Below are positions 8,265 to 18,517 of a stretch of 64,000 nucleotides of DNA, piece by piece. The DNA comes from Candidatus Latescibacterota bacterium (GTDB taxonomy: Bacteria > Latescibacterota > UBA2968), in NCBI GenBank assembly GCA_965207885.1, contig OZ242311.1:928001-992000 (forward strand). The letters run 5' to 3'. Position numbers and translations under genes: made by a program. The notes under the pieces are model-generated. The model saw nothing but the letters and a program-made list of their open reading frames with translations. It was not told where the DNA came from and ran no database searches. Within the stretch, counting starts at the first letter, position 1. Each line of letters opens with the position of its first letter.

Positions 8265-9109
8265 ACCTCAAAAAACATATTGGCAAAATCGTGCGAGGCG
8301 CTCGGACGAATTTTTTTTACGCGTTTGTTTTTTTGCCGCGCAAGAAACGCGAGGCCATTTTTTCGGTTTATGCGTTTAGCCGCCATACGGATGATATAGT
8401 GGATGATGCGGCTTCGCCAGAAGAGGCGCGGTGTCACCTCGATGCATGGCGCGAGCAACTCCACGCCTGCTATGAGGGCAGTCCCACCCATCCAATTGCG
8501 CAGAATTTACAGGCTGTTTTGCGGGATTTTCCCATTCCCAAAGCGCATTTTCTGGCGCTTATTGAGGGTGTTGAAATGGATTTGACTAAAAATCGGTATG
8601 CGACGTTTGACGAGTTGCGGGAGTACTGCTATCGGGTCGCATCGGTTGTGGGGTTAATCTGTATTGAAATTTTTGGGTATCGCAATCCGCAGACTCGCGA
8701 ATACGCCGTCAATCTGGGTCTCGCGCTTCAATTGACCAATATTTTGCGAGATGTGCATACGGATTGGCAACAGAACCGCATTTATCTTCCGCAGGAAGAG
8801 ATGGCGCAGTTTGGCTATACGGAAGAGGCTCTTGCTCGGGGAGATTATAATGCCGCGTTTATCGATTTGATGCGGTTTCAAGCGCAACGCGCGTGGACCT
8901 TCTATCAAACAGCCGAAGAATTGCTTCCTGCGGAGGACCGGGCTGCCATGTTTTCGGCGCAGATTATGGGTAAAATTTATGCCCAGTTGCTCGTGAAGAT
9001 CCAGCGCGCCAATTACGATGTTTTTGGCGCGTCTATTCGCCTCAACGATTTGCACAAACTGGGCATTGCGCTGCGCTATTGGCTGGGCAGTCGTTTCGCC
9101 TGGGGGTGA
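8261..9109 (+). CDS. hpnD: Presqualene diphosphate synthase HpnD
   Basis: TNFFYAF, DDIVDD, YCYRVASVVGL, ALQLTNILRDV, RIYLP; ATGA overlap with hpnC. Confidence 0.9.
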   Translation: MNLKKHIGKIVRGARTNFFYAFVFLPRKKREAIFSVYAFSRHTDDIVDDAASPEEARCHLDAWREQLHACYEGSPTHPIAQNLQAVLRDFPIPKAHFLALIEGVEMDLTKNRYATFDELREYCYRVASVVGLICIEIFGYRNPQTREYAVNLGLALQLTNILRDVHTDWQQNRIYLPQEEMAQFGYTEEALARGDYNAAFIDLMRFQAQRAWTFYQTAEELLPAEDRAAMFSAQIMGKIYAQLLVKIQRANYDVFGASIRLNDLHKLGIALRYWLGSRFAWG

Positions 9110-10425
9110 ATGTGAAACGCGTAACCATAATCGGGGGAGGGTTTGCCGGTCTTGCAGCAGCTATCCGCCTTTGCGATGCTGGATATTCCGTCACTCTTTT
9201 GGAGCGGCGGCAGCAACTGGGAGGGCGCACCTTTTCGTTTACAGATCCCGTTACGGGCGATACTGTCGATAATGGGCAGCATCTGTTGATGAAGTGCTAT
9301 CGGGAGACGCTCGATTTTCTCGAGCGGATTGGTGCGCGCGACGATGTGGTGTTCCAAAGTCAGTTCAGGATAGATTTTCGCCACGCCGATGGTGGTGCGT
9401 ACACGTTGAGGTTTCCATCCTTTTTGCCCGTGCCGCTGAATCTGCTGTCTGGCTTTTTGCGATTTGGCGCGGTTCACTGGACAGATATCCCGCCGTTAAG
9501 AAAGATCGTGGCGGAGTTGCATAAGGATCTCGATACCGGTCTTACGGTGGATGCCTGGCTCGACCATTGCGGTCAGAAACCGCGCATGCGGAGGGCTTTC
9601 TGGGATCCGCTTTGTATTGCTGCCCTTAACCAGCGACCGCAAAATGCCAGTGCGCGATACCTTCAAGCCGTGTTGCGAGAGGCTTTTTTGGGCGAGCCAG
9701 ATGGCGCGCGGTTGGGATATGCGCGGACGGGTCTGAGCGGTTTGTTTGAGAATCGCGCACGGGAATATATCTCAAAACGGGGTGGCGAAGTGGTGTGTGG
9801 AAAAGCTGTGACGTCTATTGCGCCTGCCCCTTCGGATGTTCGCATCCATACCCGCTCGGGAGATGTGATAGACACAGATATGTGTATTGCGGCGGTTCCT
9901 CCGCTACAACTCGCCAGAATGATTTGTGCGAAGACTTTTGCCGAACTCCATCACACGCTTTGTCAATACGAGCCATCGCCGATTTTTTCTGTCAACTTGT
10001 GGTTTGATCGGCCAGTTATGCGTGAACCTATGTGCGGTTTGCTCGGCACGACAATGGAATGGGTTTTTAACAAGTCCGTGCTCTATGGCGATCACGACCG
10101 CGCTTCTGAGGGCTTTCTCACCATGGTTGCATCTGCGGCGCATCATCTTTTACACATGTCAAATGATGAACTTATTGATATGGCTTGCAGAGAGCTTCAT
10201 CAGGTCTTTCCCGAAAGTAGGCGTGCCGAGGTATTACAAGCCAGAGTGATATGCGAACACGCGGCGACTTGCGCGTTGCCGCTTTCTTATGCAGTGCCCA
10301 AAACTCAGACGCCACATCCCCGTTTGTTTCTCGCGGGCGATTGGACAGATACTGGATTGCCGCCGACCATCGAAGGTGCTGTCAGGAGCGGGTACGCGGC
10401 TGCAGATGCTGTTTTACTGAAATAG
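9106..10425 (+). CDS. hpnE: Hydroxysqualene dehydroxylase HpnE (FAD-dependent)
   Basis: IIGGGFAGLAAA, GGRTFSF, DNGQHLL, LAGDWTDTGLPPTIEGAVRSG; GTGA overlap with hpnD. Confidence 0.9.
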   Translation: MNVKRVTIIGGGFAGLAAAIRLCDAGYSVTLLERRQQLGGRTFSFTDPVTGDTVDNGQHLLMKCYRETLDFLERIGARDDVVFQSQFRIDFRHADGGAYTLRFPSFLPVPLNLLSGFLRFGAVHWTDIPPLRKIVAELHKDLDTGLTVDAWLDHCGQKPRMRRAFWDPLCIAALNQRPQNASARYLQAVLREAFLGEPDGARLGYARTGLSGLFENRAREYISKRGGEVVCGKAVTSIAPAPSDVRIHTRSGDVIDTDMCIAAVPPLQLARMICAKTFAELHHTLCQYEPSPIFSVNLWFDRPVMREPMCGLLGTTMEWVFNKSVLYGDHDRASEGFLTMVASAAHHLLHMSNDELIDMACRELHQVFPESRRAEVLQARVICEHAATCALPLSYAVPKTQTPHPRLFLAGDWTDTGLPPTIEGAVRSGYAAADAVLLK

Positions 10426-11580
10426 TTCGATGTATTTTAAGCCCGTCCCCGTATTGAATAATACGACGCGGTCGCGCTCGCTAACCAGATTTTGTGCTAT
10501 GAGTTTTTCAAGAGCAGCGAGGGTGGCTGCGCCTTCGGGTGCGGGAAATGATCCCACGGCAACAGCCATTTTTGATGCGGATGCCATCAGTTCTTCATCT
10601 GTGACGGAGAGCGCGCATCCACCGCTGTCGCGAATGGCTTTTAGCATCAAAAAATCGCCTACGGCAGCGGGGACACGCAGGCCCGCCGCAATTGTTTCGG
10701 GATCGATCCAGGGTTCGGCGTGTTCATCTCCCGCGCTATAAGCCCGAACAATGGGCGCGCATCCCGCCGCTTGTACGGAAATCATACGGGGGCGTTCAGG
10801 GCCAATCCATCCCATTTGTTCCATTTCGTCAAATGCCTTCCACATGCCAATCAATCCCGTGCCGCCTCCCGTTGGATAAATGACGACTTCTGGCAATTCC
10901 CAATCAAATTGTTCGGCCAATTCATAGCCCATCGTTTTTTTGCCTTCCACGCGGTATGGCTCTTTCAGGGTCGAGATATCAAACCAGCCTTCGGCTTCTT
11001 TGCGCGATGCCACAATTTTTCCGCAATCGGAAATCAGACCGTCGATCAGTTCGACATGTGCGCCCAGGACTTTGCATTCGATGTAATTGGCCTGTGGCAC
11101 ATCTTTGGGCATAAAAATATGCGCTGGCAAGCCCGCTCGCGCAGCATACGCGGCTGTTGCGCCACCTGCATTGCCGGCCGAGGGAATGGCAATGGCCTGA
11201 GCGCCCAATTCCGCTGCTCTTGAAATTGCCGCTGACATGCCTCGCGCTTTAAATGATCCAGTCGGATTTAAGCCTTCGTCTTTGATGTACAGTTTTGGTA
11301 CACCGATTTTTCGCCCCAACGATGTTGCTTGCAACAATGGGGTGAATCCTTCGCCGAGACTCACCTGAAATTGCTCGTTTTCGATGGGTAAAACTTCGGC
11401 ATAACGCCACATTGTCGGTACTCGTTCTGCGAGTTTTTCCCGGCGCATGGCTTTGGCAGCCGCATCGAGATCATATCGGGCAAATAACGGCGCCTCTGCC
11501 TCTGGACTCAAATTCCAGAGCTGATCTTTTGAATACGCTTTGTCCGTTTTTGTGCAGACCAGATCAATGAGAAATCCCAT
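10414..11580 (-). CDS. thrC: Threonine synthase (PLP fold II)
   Basis: SLGEGFTPL, KDEGLNPTGSFKARG, PSAGNAG, EPYRVEGKKT, PTGGGTG, NTGTGLKY. Confidence 0.85.
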   Translation of the reverse strand: MGFLIDLVCTKTDKAYSKDQLWNLSPEAEAPLFARYDLDAAAKAMRREKLAERVPTMWRYAEVLPIENEQFQVSLGEGFTPLLQATSLGRKIGVPKLYIKDEGLNPTGSFKARGMSAAISRAAELGAQAIAIPSAGNAGGATAAYAARAGLPAHIFMPKDVPQANYIECKVLGAHVELIDGLISDCGKIVASRKEAEGWFDISTLKEPYRVEGKKTMGYELAEQFDWELPEVVIYPTGGGTGLIGMWKAFDEMEQMGWIGPERPRMISVQAAGCAPIVRAYSAGDEHAEPWIDPETIAAGLRVPAAVGDFLMLKAIRDSGGCALSVTDEELMASASKMAVAVGSFPAPEGAATLAALEKLIAQNLVSERDRVVLFNTGTGLKYIELFQ

Positions 11581-11614
11581 AAATACCTCCTGAAAAAGAT
11601 TGAGAACTCGTCAT

Positions 11615-11643
11615 AGTATGAGTCGCACTCTTTTTCAAGTCAA
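11615..11643 (-). promoter_or_regulatory. Putative sigma70 promoter of thrC
   Basis: Minus strand TTGACT-17-CATACT. Confidence 0.5.
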
Positions 11644-11646
11644 GGT

Positions 11647-12984
11647 CTAACACACCTGACCATTTGTTGCTCTTTCAAGTGCGTATCGGCGTATTTTGCG
11701 TCTCAATGTCGGTCTGGATATTCCGAGCAACTCACAGGCTCGCCCCTGATTGCCACCAGTGACGAGCATCACCCGCTCAATATGCGCCTGCTCAATTTCA
11801 TTCAGGGTTTCAATTTTGTCTGGTGCGCCGGACTGTGTGTGGCTGAGCACATCCAGATGCTCGGGGCGAATTACCCCTTTCTGACAGGCCAGGGCTGCGC
11901 GGTAAATGGCGTGTTGCAATTCCCTTAAATTACCCGGCCATTCACATCCTGCCAGATATGCAACCGCCGCTTCAGAAACCCCTTGGACCTCCACGCCCGT
12001 ATCGACTTTCAATCGCGTTAGCATTGCTTGAACAATGTGTGGAATATCTTCGCTACGCTCTCGCAGAGGGGGGAGAGATATGGTCACGGCGCTGAGCCTG
12101 TAAAACAAATCCAGGCGAAATTCGCCTTGTTCGATCATGGAATCGAGGTCGCGGTTGGTGGCAGCAATTACCCGAACCTGTGTTTGTATGGGGGATTGTC
12201 CGCCAACTCTGACAAATTCACCGCGGTCTAAGACCCGCAACAGCTTGGCCTGAAATGCAGGCGAAGCCTCACCAATTTCGTCGAGAAAAAGCGTGCCGCC
12301 ATCGGCTTGTTCAAAACACCCTGCCCGACGGGTTATGGCGCCGGTAAAAGCGCCTCGCTCATGCCCAAAGAGTTCACTTTCGGCAATGCCTTCTGCTATT
12401 GCCGCACAATTGAGTGCTACAAATGCCCCTGACCGCCCAGAAGCCCGATGCATTTCTCGTGCCATCAGTTCTTTTCCGGTTCCACTTTCTCCATAAATCA
12501 GGACAGAAGCCGATGTTCGCGCTGACAGGCCCGCGCGCTTGAGTGCGAGTAACATGTCTGGACACGATCCAATCACCATCCCCGTGGGGGATTCATTTCT
12601 GGGGTTTTGAGACAGATAGTGTAGCGCGATTTTACCCTCAATCTGCAATTGGGAGATCAGAATATCCAGGGTCTGCCGATCAATGGGATGTACGAGAAAA
12701 TCGCGTGCGCCCAGCGACAAAGCTTCGAGTATTCTGTCAGATGCCATATATTCACCCACAATCACGACGGGGCATAGATTATCAAATACGGGAAGTAGCT
12801 TTAATCCCCGTCCATCGGGGAGGGTTTCAGCGACAAGGGCAAGATCGGGGTTTCTTTCTTCAATGCGTTTCAAGCAGTGATAAAAAGAACCCGCTATGCG
12901 CGTGTTTGCGCCCAGTTTTTCCAGCAGTTGCACCAATTGCATTGCGCGTTGCGGGTTTCCATCAACAATCAGTATGTCTCCCAT
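11647..12984 (-). CDS. Sigma54-dependent enhancer-binding protein (NtrC/AtoC type) with atypical receiver
   Basis: [48 protein letters not shown], Fis [15 protein letters not shown]. Confidence 0.92.
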   Translation of the reverse strand: MGDILIVDGNPQRAMQLVQLLEKLGANTRIAGSFYHCLKRIEERNPDLALVAETLPDGRGLKLLPVFDNLCPVVIVGEYMASDRILEALSLGARDFLVHPIDRQTLDILISQLQIEGKIALHYLSQNPRNESPTGMVIGSCPDMLLALKRAGLSARTSASVLIYGESGTGKELMAREMHRASGRSGAFVALNCAAIAEGIAESELFGHERGAFTGAITRRAGCFEQADGGTLFLDEIGEASPAFQAKLLRVLDRGEFVRVGGQSPIQTQVRVIAATNRDLDSMIEQGEFRLDLFYRLSAVTISLPPLRERSEDIPHIVQAMLTRLKVDTGVEVQGVSEAAVAYLAGCEWPGNLRELQHAIYRAALACQKGVIRPEHLDVLSHTQSGAPDKIETLNEIEQAHIERVMLVTGGNQGRACELLGISRPTLRRKIRRYALERATNGQVC

Positions 12985-13026
12985 AAAACCTCCATTGCGT
13001 AATGAGTTGTTTTACAAGAGACATCA

Positions 13027-13042
13027 TGCACAATTTGTGCCA
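13027..13042 (-). promoter_or_regulatory. Sigma54 (-24/-12) promoter upstream of the EBP gene
   Basis: Minus strand TGGCACAAATTGTGCA = GG-N10-GC, about 42 nt upstream of the ATG. Confidence 0.65.
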
Positions 13043-13152
13043 GAGTTGACAAAATTTATAACATGTTGATAAAGAATAGTTTAAAGAGAGTATGAAAATT
13101 TTTGATTCGTACATCTGACGCATAAAAGGCGACAGTTGGCTTCTATTTATAA

Positions 13153-13192
13153 AAAAAATGGCGTCCTTCAAAAGAGAAGAACGCCATTTTTT
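13153..13192 (-). terminator. Bidirectional intrinsic terminator downstream of the FN3 gene
   Basis: AAAAAATGGCGT...ACGCCATTTTTT. Confidence 0.8.
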
Positions 13193-13209
13193 CCTTTCTT
13201 GCAGGTTCT

Positions 13210-16200
13210 CTATGGGGAAAAATCAAAATCAGTATCTGAAGGACCACCGATCCGTCCAGAAAGAGATGTGCGGATCCGGTAAACATAGGTGAAGCCACTT
13301 TTAATATCTCTATCGCTATAAGAAGTGGTCGTGATCGGATCCTCGGTTTCCAAAGTCGTATAATCTCCGTCTGTTAAATTTCGAATGTCAGTACCGGAAG
13401 CAGCTCCGGCGATTGCTGCCCGTTGAACGATGAAATGGTCGTACTTATCAGGTGGTGTCCAGGTCAAATTGATCTCGGGAACAGCGGGATTGTAACGAGC
13501 TACCAGGTCCGTTGGAGGCACGGGGACTATATCAGTTGTGGTCTCCGTCCTGATGGGTGATCGCTCACTCTCATTGCCCTGGTGGTCAATGGCAGAGATC
13601 TGATACCTGTAAGTCGTGCGGTTTAGCAGGTCGGTATCTCGATATGCTCGAGATTCCGCATCTACGATTGTTAGCACAGTGAGCACATTATTATTCAATG
13701 GGTCCGTGCGATAAATCACAAAGCTGGCAAGTCCGGTCAGGTCGCCGCCATTTGCATCCCTTGTGGGAGCGTCCCAACTCAACTCGATCGCTGCGCCACT
13801 ACTTTCCAAAATAGCGACAAAATTGCCGGGGGTAGCGGGCGGGATATCGTCGATCTGTACCGTTGCAGAGGCAAATAGCGATGGTTCGCTTTCTGTGTTA
13901 TTTACACCAACCGCCTGCACGCGATAGACATAGGTCTGATCTGCTACCAGCGGCGAATCGACATAGGTCGTATGCACGGTCGAGAAGGTCGCTTCGGCTA
14001 CTGTCTGTGCCGGGTCTGTATAACGCATGACGCGATACCCAGTCAGTTCTGATTCTGTATTGGCAGACCAGGTGATGGTAATGTGACCAATCCCACCCCT
14101 TGCCTGCACATTGCGCGGTGCTGCCAGAACTGGAGGCGGTTCGGTGGCCTGTGCAGAGACAAAGACCGATAGTTCACTCCTCTCATTGGCGGCGCCAACT
14201 GCCCGCACCCGATAGACAAAGGTCTGTCCGGCTGTGACAGGGGTATCCACATACGTCGTCAACACAGAGGAGAAGATCCTGTCAGGTGTTTCGTGTGTGG
14301 GATCTGTAAAGCGCAATATCTCATATCCGGTCAATTCCGGCTCGGTGTTTGCCGTCCAGTTCAAGGTGATTTTAAGCTCACCACCAGTCGCGCGTACATT
14401 GCGCGGTGCTGCCAGAACTGGAGGCGGCTCAATGGCCTGTGCAGAGACAAAGACTGATAGTTCGCTCTTTATATTAGAGGGACCAACCGCCCGCACCCGA
14501 TAGACAAAGGTCTGTCCGGCTGTGACAGGGGTATCCACATACGTCGTCAATACGGAAGAGAAGATCCTGTCTGGTGTTTCATCTGTGGGATCTGTAAAGC
14601 GCAATATCTCATATCCGGTCAATTCTGGTTCGGTGTTTGCCGCCCAGTTCAAGGTGATTTTCAGTTCACCACCAGTTGCTTGCAAGTTGCGCGGGATGGC
14701 AAATCCCCTGGTGGTCACAGATACTGGCTGAGATCGGGGTCCGGCATTGCCGGCATGATCCAATGCTCTGATTGCATAAAAGTATCGCGTCAATAATTCG
14801 ACAGATGTGTCCTCATAACTCATTTGATCGCTCGATACTGCGGCAATTAGCGCAAAGGATGTATTGTTCTCGCGTGACCGGTAGATTTCAAAGGAGGTCA
14901 ATCCGGTCAGTTCATTGCCATTGCTGTCTCTTGTAGGAGCCGTCCAGCTGATAAGCACGCGCTGGAAATTATCATCGTCCAGGCTGACGATGAGATCCGA
15001 GGGCGCGCCGGGAGGGCTCTGATCGGCTGAGACAGTTGCAGAAGCATAGAGTGATCGTTCGCTTTCTTCATTATTGGTACCAACAGCCTGTACGCGATAC
15101 ACATAGGTCTGTCCCGATACCAGCGGCGAATCGACATAAGTCGTCTGCACGGTCGTGAAGGTCGCTTCGGCCACTGTCTGTGCCGGGTCTGTATAGCGCA
15201 TGACGCGATACCCGGTCAGTTCAGGCTCGGTGTTTGCCGCCCAGGTGATGGTAATGTGACCAATCCCACCCCTTGCCTGCACATTGCGCGGTGCTGCCAG
15301 AACTGGAGCAGCTTCCGTGGCCTGGGCAGAGACGGGGGGCGACAATTCGCTCTTCACATTGGCGGTGCCAACCGCCCGCACCCGATAGACAAAGGGTTGA
15401 TCTGCTGTGACAGGAGTATCCACATACGTCGTCAACACAGAAGAGAAGGTTTTGTCGGGTGTTTCGTGTGTGGGATCTGTAAAGCGCAATATCTCATATC
15501 CCGTTAATTCAGGCTCGGTGTTTGCCGTCCAGGTCAAGGTGATTTTCTGCACACCAGGAGTTGCCCGCACGTTGCGCGGGATAGCAAATCCCCTGGTGGT
15601 CACAGATATCGGCTGAGACCGGGGTCCGGCATTGCCAGCCTGATCCAATGCTCTGACCGCATAGAAATACGTCGTGAGTAATTCGACAGAAGTATCCACA
15701 AAACTCACCTGATCGCTCGATACTGTGGCGATCAGTGCAAAGGATGTATTGTTCTCGCGCGACCGGTAGATTTCAAAGGAGGCCAATCCGGTCAGTTCAT
15801 TGCCATTTCTGTCTGTTACAGGTGCAGTCCAGTTCAGCATCACCCGCTGGAAATTATCATCGTCCAGGCTGACGATGAGATCTGAGGGCGCGCCAGGGGC
15901 GCTCTGATCGGCAAGTGCCTGTCCGTCAATGAAAGTGGAAGTATCACTGCGCAATAGTCCAAGATTGGGATCTTGCACAACGGTTTGAACTTTGTAGTAG
16001 TACACTTGATCGGTCGCGACAAGCGAATCGACATAGGTCGTCTGTCCCGTGGTAAAGAGCGTGTCGTTTGTTACGGGTGTAAAGGGACCTTGTGTGGATT
16101 GTGACCGCAAGACCAGATAGCCCAGCAAGTTGGGATCGTTTACGGGATTCCAGGATACGACAATGCGCGCCTGTTCATTTTGCGTTGCGCGCAAGTTAGC

Positions 16201-17079
16201 AGGTACTGGTATATTCGCGCCTGGTGTGTCTATGGTTACTAAAGTAAGTGCCGGAGGTCCAGTGTTGCCTTCTGGATCGACGGCGATGACTATGTAAACG
16301 TGAAGCACGCCAGCTTCGAGTTCATCGGTATCGAGGAAATAAGTCTGGTTGGCAGGTACGGTTCCAAGTTCGACGAAAATATCTTTCAACTCGGCGGATA
16401 TTTCTCCCAGATTATCGAGGTCGATGCCCAGTTCTGTGGCGAGCTGGACCAGGGCTGTCTGCGAACCCTGTATCTGGAGTTTGCCCTGCGAATCTTTGAT
16501 CCTGAAAATTCTGTACCCGGACAAGCCGGTCAATTCCTGATTGCCCACATCCATTTCCGGCGCTGACCAGCCCAGTGCAACCTGTTTTCCATCGGCATCG
16601 GTGATGGCGACGAAATTCATCGGCATAGCCGGTGCGCGCGTGTCATCGAGGACTTCTGCACTTACAAATGTAGATAATTCGCTTGATTGTCCTTCTATAT
16701 CTACTGTACTGAGTTTATAGAAATATATTTTCGATACATTGGCATCTATTGTCGAATCCACATAAGTCGTGCGTGCTGTCGTCACGTCGGAAGCGGATGA
16801 TTCGCCGCGCAATAGCACAAAATCTCCCGTGGCCGATGTTGACCGCCATATCCCATATCCCGCAAGATTGGTGCTGTTCACGGGATTCCAGTTCAAAGTG
16901 ATCCGTCCAATACCGCCCTGGGCGCGAATATTGCCCGGCGGATTCAAAGTCGTCGTGGTTCCTTCAAATTGTGAGTCAACCGGATTTACGCGTTCGCGTC
17001 CGCATCCCCACATGGCTATTAAAATTATCGCAATCCCCAAAAGGCCGAGTTGTAGTCGGCGCGTCCACCAGTGCTTCAT
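13210..17079 (-). CDS. Large fibronectin type III repeat lipoprotein
   Basis: Lipobox AMWGC after a hydrophobic stretch; about 11-12 FN3 units (P.N..A...ITL.W...GY.I.R...YVD...Y.YRV.AV); GAGGAG RBS before MKHWW. Confidence 0.85.
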   Translation of the reverse strand: MKHWWTRRLQLGLLGIAIILIAMWGCGRERVNPVDSQFEGTTTTLNPPGNIRAQGGIGRITLNWNPVNSTNLAGYGIWRSTSATGDFVLLRGESSASDVTTARTTYVDSTIDANVSKIYFYKLSTVDIEGQSSELSTFVSAEVLDDTRAPAMPMNFVAITDADGKQVALGWSAPEMDVGNQELTGLSGYRIFRIKDSQGKLQIQGSQTALVQLATELGIDLDNLGEISAELKDIFVELGTVPANQTYFLDTDELEAGVLHVYIVIAVDPEGNTGPPALTLVTIDTPGANIPVPANLRATQNEQARIVVSWNPVNDPNLLGYLVLRSQSTQGPFTPVTNDTLFTTGQTTYVDSLVATDQVYYYKVQTVVQDPNLGLLRSDTSTFIDGQALADQSAPGAPSDLIVSLDDDNFQRVMLNWTAPVTDRNGNELTGLASFEIYRSRENNTSFALIATVSSDQVSFVDTSVELLTTYFYAVRALDQAGNAGPRSQPISVTTRGFAIPRNVRATPGVQKITLTWTANTEPELTGYEILRFTDPTHETPDKTFSSVLTTYVDTPVTADQPFVYRVRAVGTANVKSELSPPVSAQATEAAPVLAAPRNVQARGGIGHITITWAANTEPELTGYRVMRYTDPAQTVAEATFTTVQTTYVDSPLVSGQTYVYRVQAVGTNNEESERSLYASATVSADQSPPGAPSDLIVSLDDDNFQRVLISWTAPTRDSNGNELTGLTSFEIYRSRENNTSFALIAAVSSDQMSYEDTSVELLTRYFYAIRALDHAGNAGPRSQPVSVTTRGFAIPRNLQATGGELKITLNWAANTEPELTGYEILRFTDPTDETPDRIFSSVLTTYVDTPVTAGQTFVYRVRAVGPSNIKSELSVFVSAQAIEPPPVLAAPRNVRATGGELKITLNWTANTEPELTGYEILRFTDPTHETPDRIFSSVLTTYVDTPVTAGQTFVYRVRAVGAANERSELSVFVSAQATEPPPVLAAPRNVQARGGIGHITITWSANTESELTGYRVMRYTDPAQTVAEATFSTVHTTYVDSPLVADQTYVYRVQAVGVNNTESEPSLFASATVQIDDIPPATPGNFVAILESSGAAIELSWDAPTRDANGGDLTGLASFVIYRTDPLNNNVLTVLTIVDAESRAYRDTDLLNRTTYRYQISAIDHQGNESERSPIRTETTTDIVPVPPTDLVARYNPAVPEINLTWTPPDKYDHFIVQRAAIAGAASGTDIRNLTDGDYTTLETEDPITTTSYSDRDIKSGFTYVYRIRTSLSGRIGGPSDTDFDFSP

Positions 17080-17109
17080 AATAATCTCCTCATTGCCCAT
17101 TACTGATGA

Positions 17110-17547
17110 TTAAAATTTTTTCTTCAACACAATCCCAACAGATTTTTTGCGAATATCACTGTTGAGGTCTATTTTGATTCGTCGATCAATTTTGGGCATT
17201 TTATCATCCACTTCGCTGTGTATGAGCAAACGCAAACCACTGATCAACAAAATTGCGGAAAATCCGACACTCATCATGCTCTTGGTATCTCGATCGCTTG
17301 TGCGGTTAAAAAGCTGTTCGGCTTCTCGAGAGTCTTTCGCCGCCTTATAGGCTTCGTAAATGTCGTTTGCATCGCGCTTATAATCAACGGCGCGCTTGGC
17401 CATATAAGCACTGCCACCGAGAAATAAAACACCAAATGTGCGCCGTGCAGTAAAAAAGGACCGCGCTTCGGCAACGGGAGCCAAACATCCCCAAAAAAAT
17501 GCGGTTGCCAGCACGACACAACACACTTTATACATCCGTCTGTGCAT
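17110..17547 (-). CDS. Hypothetical membrane/secreted protein
   Basis: Signal peptide plus two hydrophobic segments flanking a helical region; AAGGAG RBS. Confidence 0.7.
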   Translation of the reverse strand: MHRRMYKVCCVVLATAFFWGCLAPVAEARSFFTARRTFGVLFLGGSAYMAKRAVDYKRDANDIYEAYKAAKDSREAEQLFNRTSDRDTKSMMSVGFSAILLISGLRLLIHSEVDDKMPKIDRRIKIDLNSDIRKKSVGIVLKKKF

Positions 17548-17569
17548 ACTTACTTACTCCTTCCCCGAG

Positions 17570-17652
17570 ATTTCGAGGGTTTAGACATTGTATCCTTAGA
17601 TCAGAAAATGGCCTCACGCGTTCCTCCTCTTAAATATTTCGAGGGTTTAGAC
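17570..17652. repeat. 17-bp direct repeat pair
   Basis: ATTTCGAGGGTTTAGAC at 17570-17586 and 17636-17652. Confidence 0.8.
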
Positions 17653-17675
17653 GAGATCACATGATTAAAAGTTTC
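17647..17675 (-). promoter_or_regulatory. Putative ECF-sigma promoter
   Basis: Minus strand GAAACTT-16 nt-GTCTAA. Confidence 0.55.
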
Positions 17676-17691
17676 GGATAACTGATATATT

Positions 17692-18516
17692 CTACTCAAA
17701 TCTTCTTTCGGTTTCTGTCTTTTCCCAGGTACGCACCATGCGAACGAGCTTTGTGCCGAGAAGCTTATCGTGAAGTGCTCGGCTATCGGGATCCCACAGC
17801 ATCCAAAATCCACTAAATCCCAATGTTGCGATAAAAAGCAGAGGCTGTAGAACAAATCTGCCTACAGCCTGCGACCAGGTTGGAATCCCTCCCCCAACGC
17901 GCTCGACTCGAATGCCCAATTCGCGCATTCCCGGGGTAAATCCAGAACGCGCCCATCCCGATAAGGTCAGGAAGACTCGAAAAACGAGCAGAATGACCAG
18001 AATGATTCCAAAATCATTCCAGATAATCATCGCTCTGCTCTGCTCTGCGGGGTCTCCCTCGATCAATCCAACGGCGATATCCTTCGCACTTCCTACGAAA
18101 CCCGTGATGTCTGACCAGAGATCATCGGATTGATTGCCACCACCGCCTCCGCCACCTCGCCCGCGTCCTCCGCCACCTCGTCCTCCGCCTCGTCCTCCGC
18201 CGGCAGTTGCGGTTGGGGCGGTTGGAAAAAGAACGCTTTTGAGAAGAAAAAAAATTAAAAAAGGAACGAGTACTTGCATGGAGAAATCAATCGCGCTCGA
18301 CGCGAGACGTCTCAAGATCCCAGGGGGATCCGTCAGCGTACTTGCGTCCATAGATTTTGGATCAAAGTCTTTTAAGCGCGCTTCGATTTCTGCCCTGACT
18401 TGATCGAATCGCTCTGGAAATAGGTCGCGATCCAGATGTGCATAAATATCTTCGAGTTCTGAAAGCGAATAGTTCTGAAGCGATTCGACAAATGCTTCAT
18501 TACGGCTCTGCTCCAT
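17692..18516 (-). CDS. RDD family membrane protein with Gly/Arg-rich insert
   Basis: RRLASSAID, GFTPGMRELGIRV, RALHDKLLGT; insert GGGRGGGRGGGGRGRGGGGGGG. Confidence 0.8.
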   Translation of the reverse strand: MEQSRNEAFVESLQNYSLSELEDIYAHLDRDLFPERFDQVRAEIEARLKDFDPKSMDASTLTDPPGILRRLASSAIDFSMQVLVPFLIFFLLKSVLFPTAPTATAGGGRGGGRGGGGRGRGGGGGGGNQSDDLWSDITGFVGSAKDIAVGLIEGDPAEQSRAMIIWNDFGIILVILLVFRVFLTLSGWARSGFTPGMRELGIRVERVGGGIPTWSQAVGRFVLQPLLFIATLGFSGFWMLWDPDSRALHDKLLGTKLVRMVRTWEKTETERRFE

Positions 18517-18517
18517 G

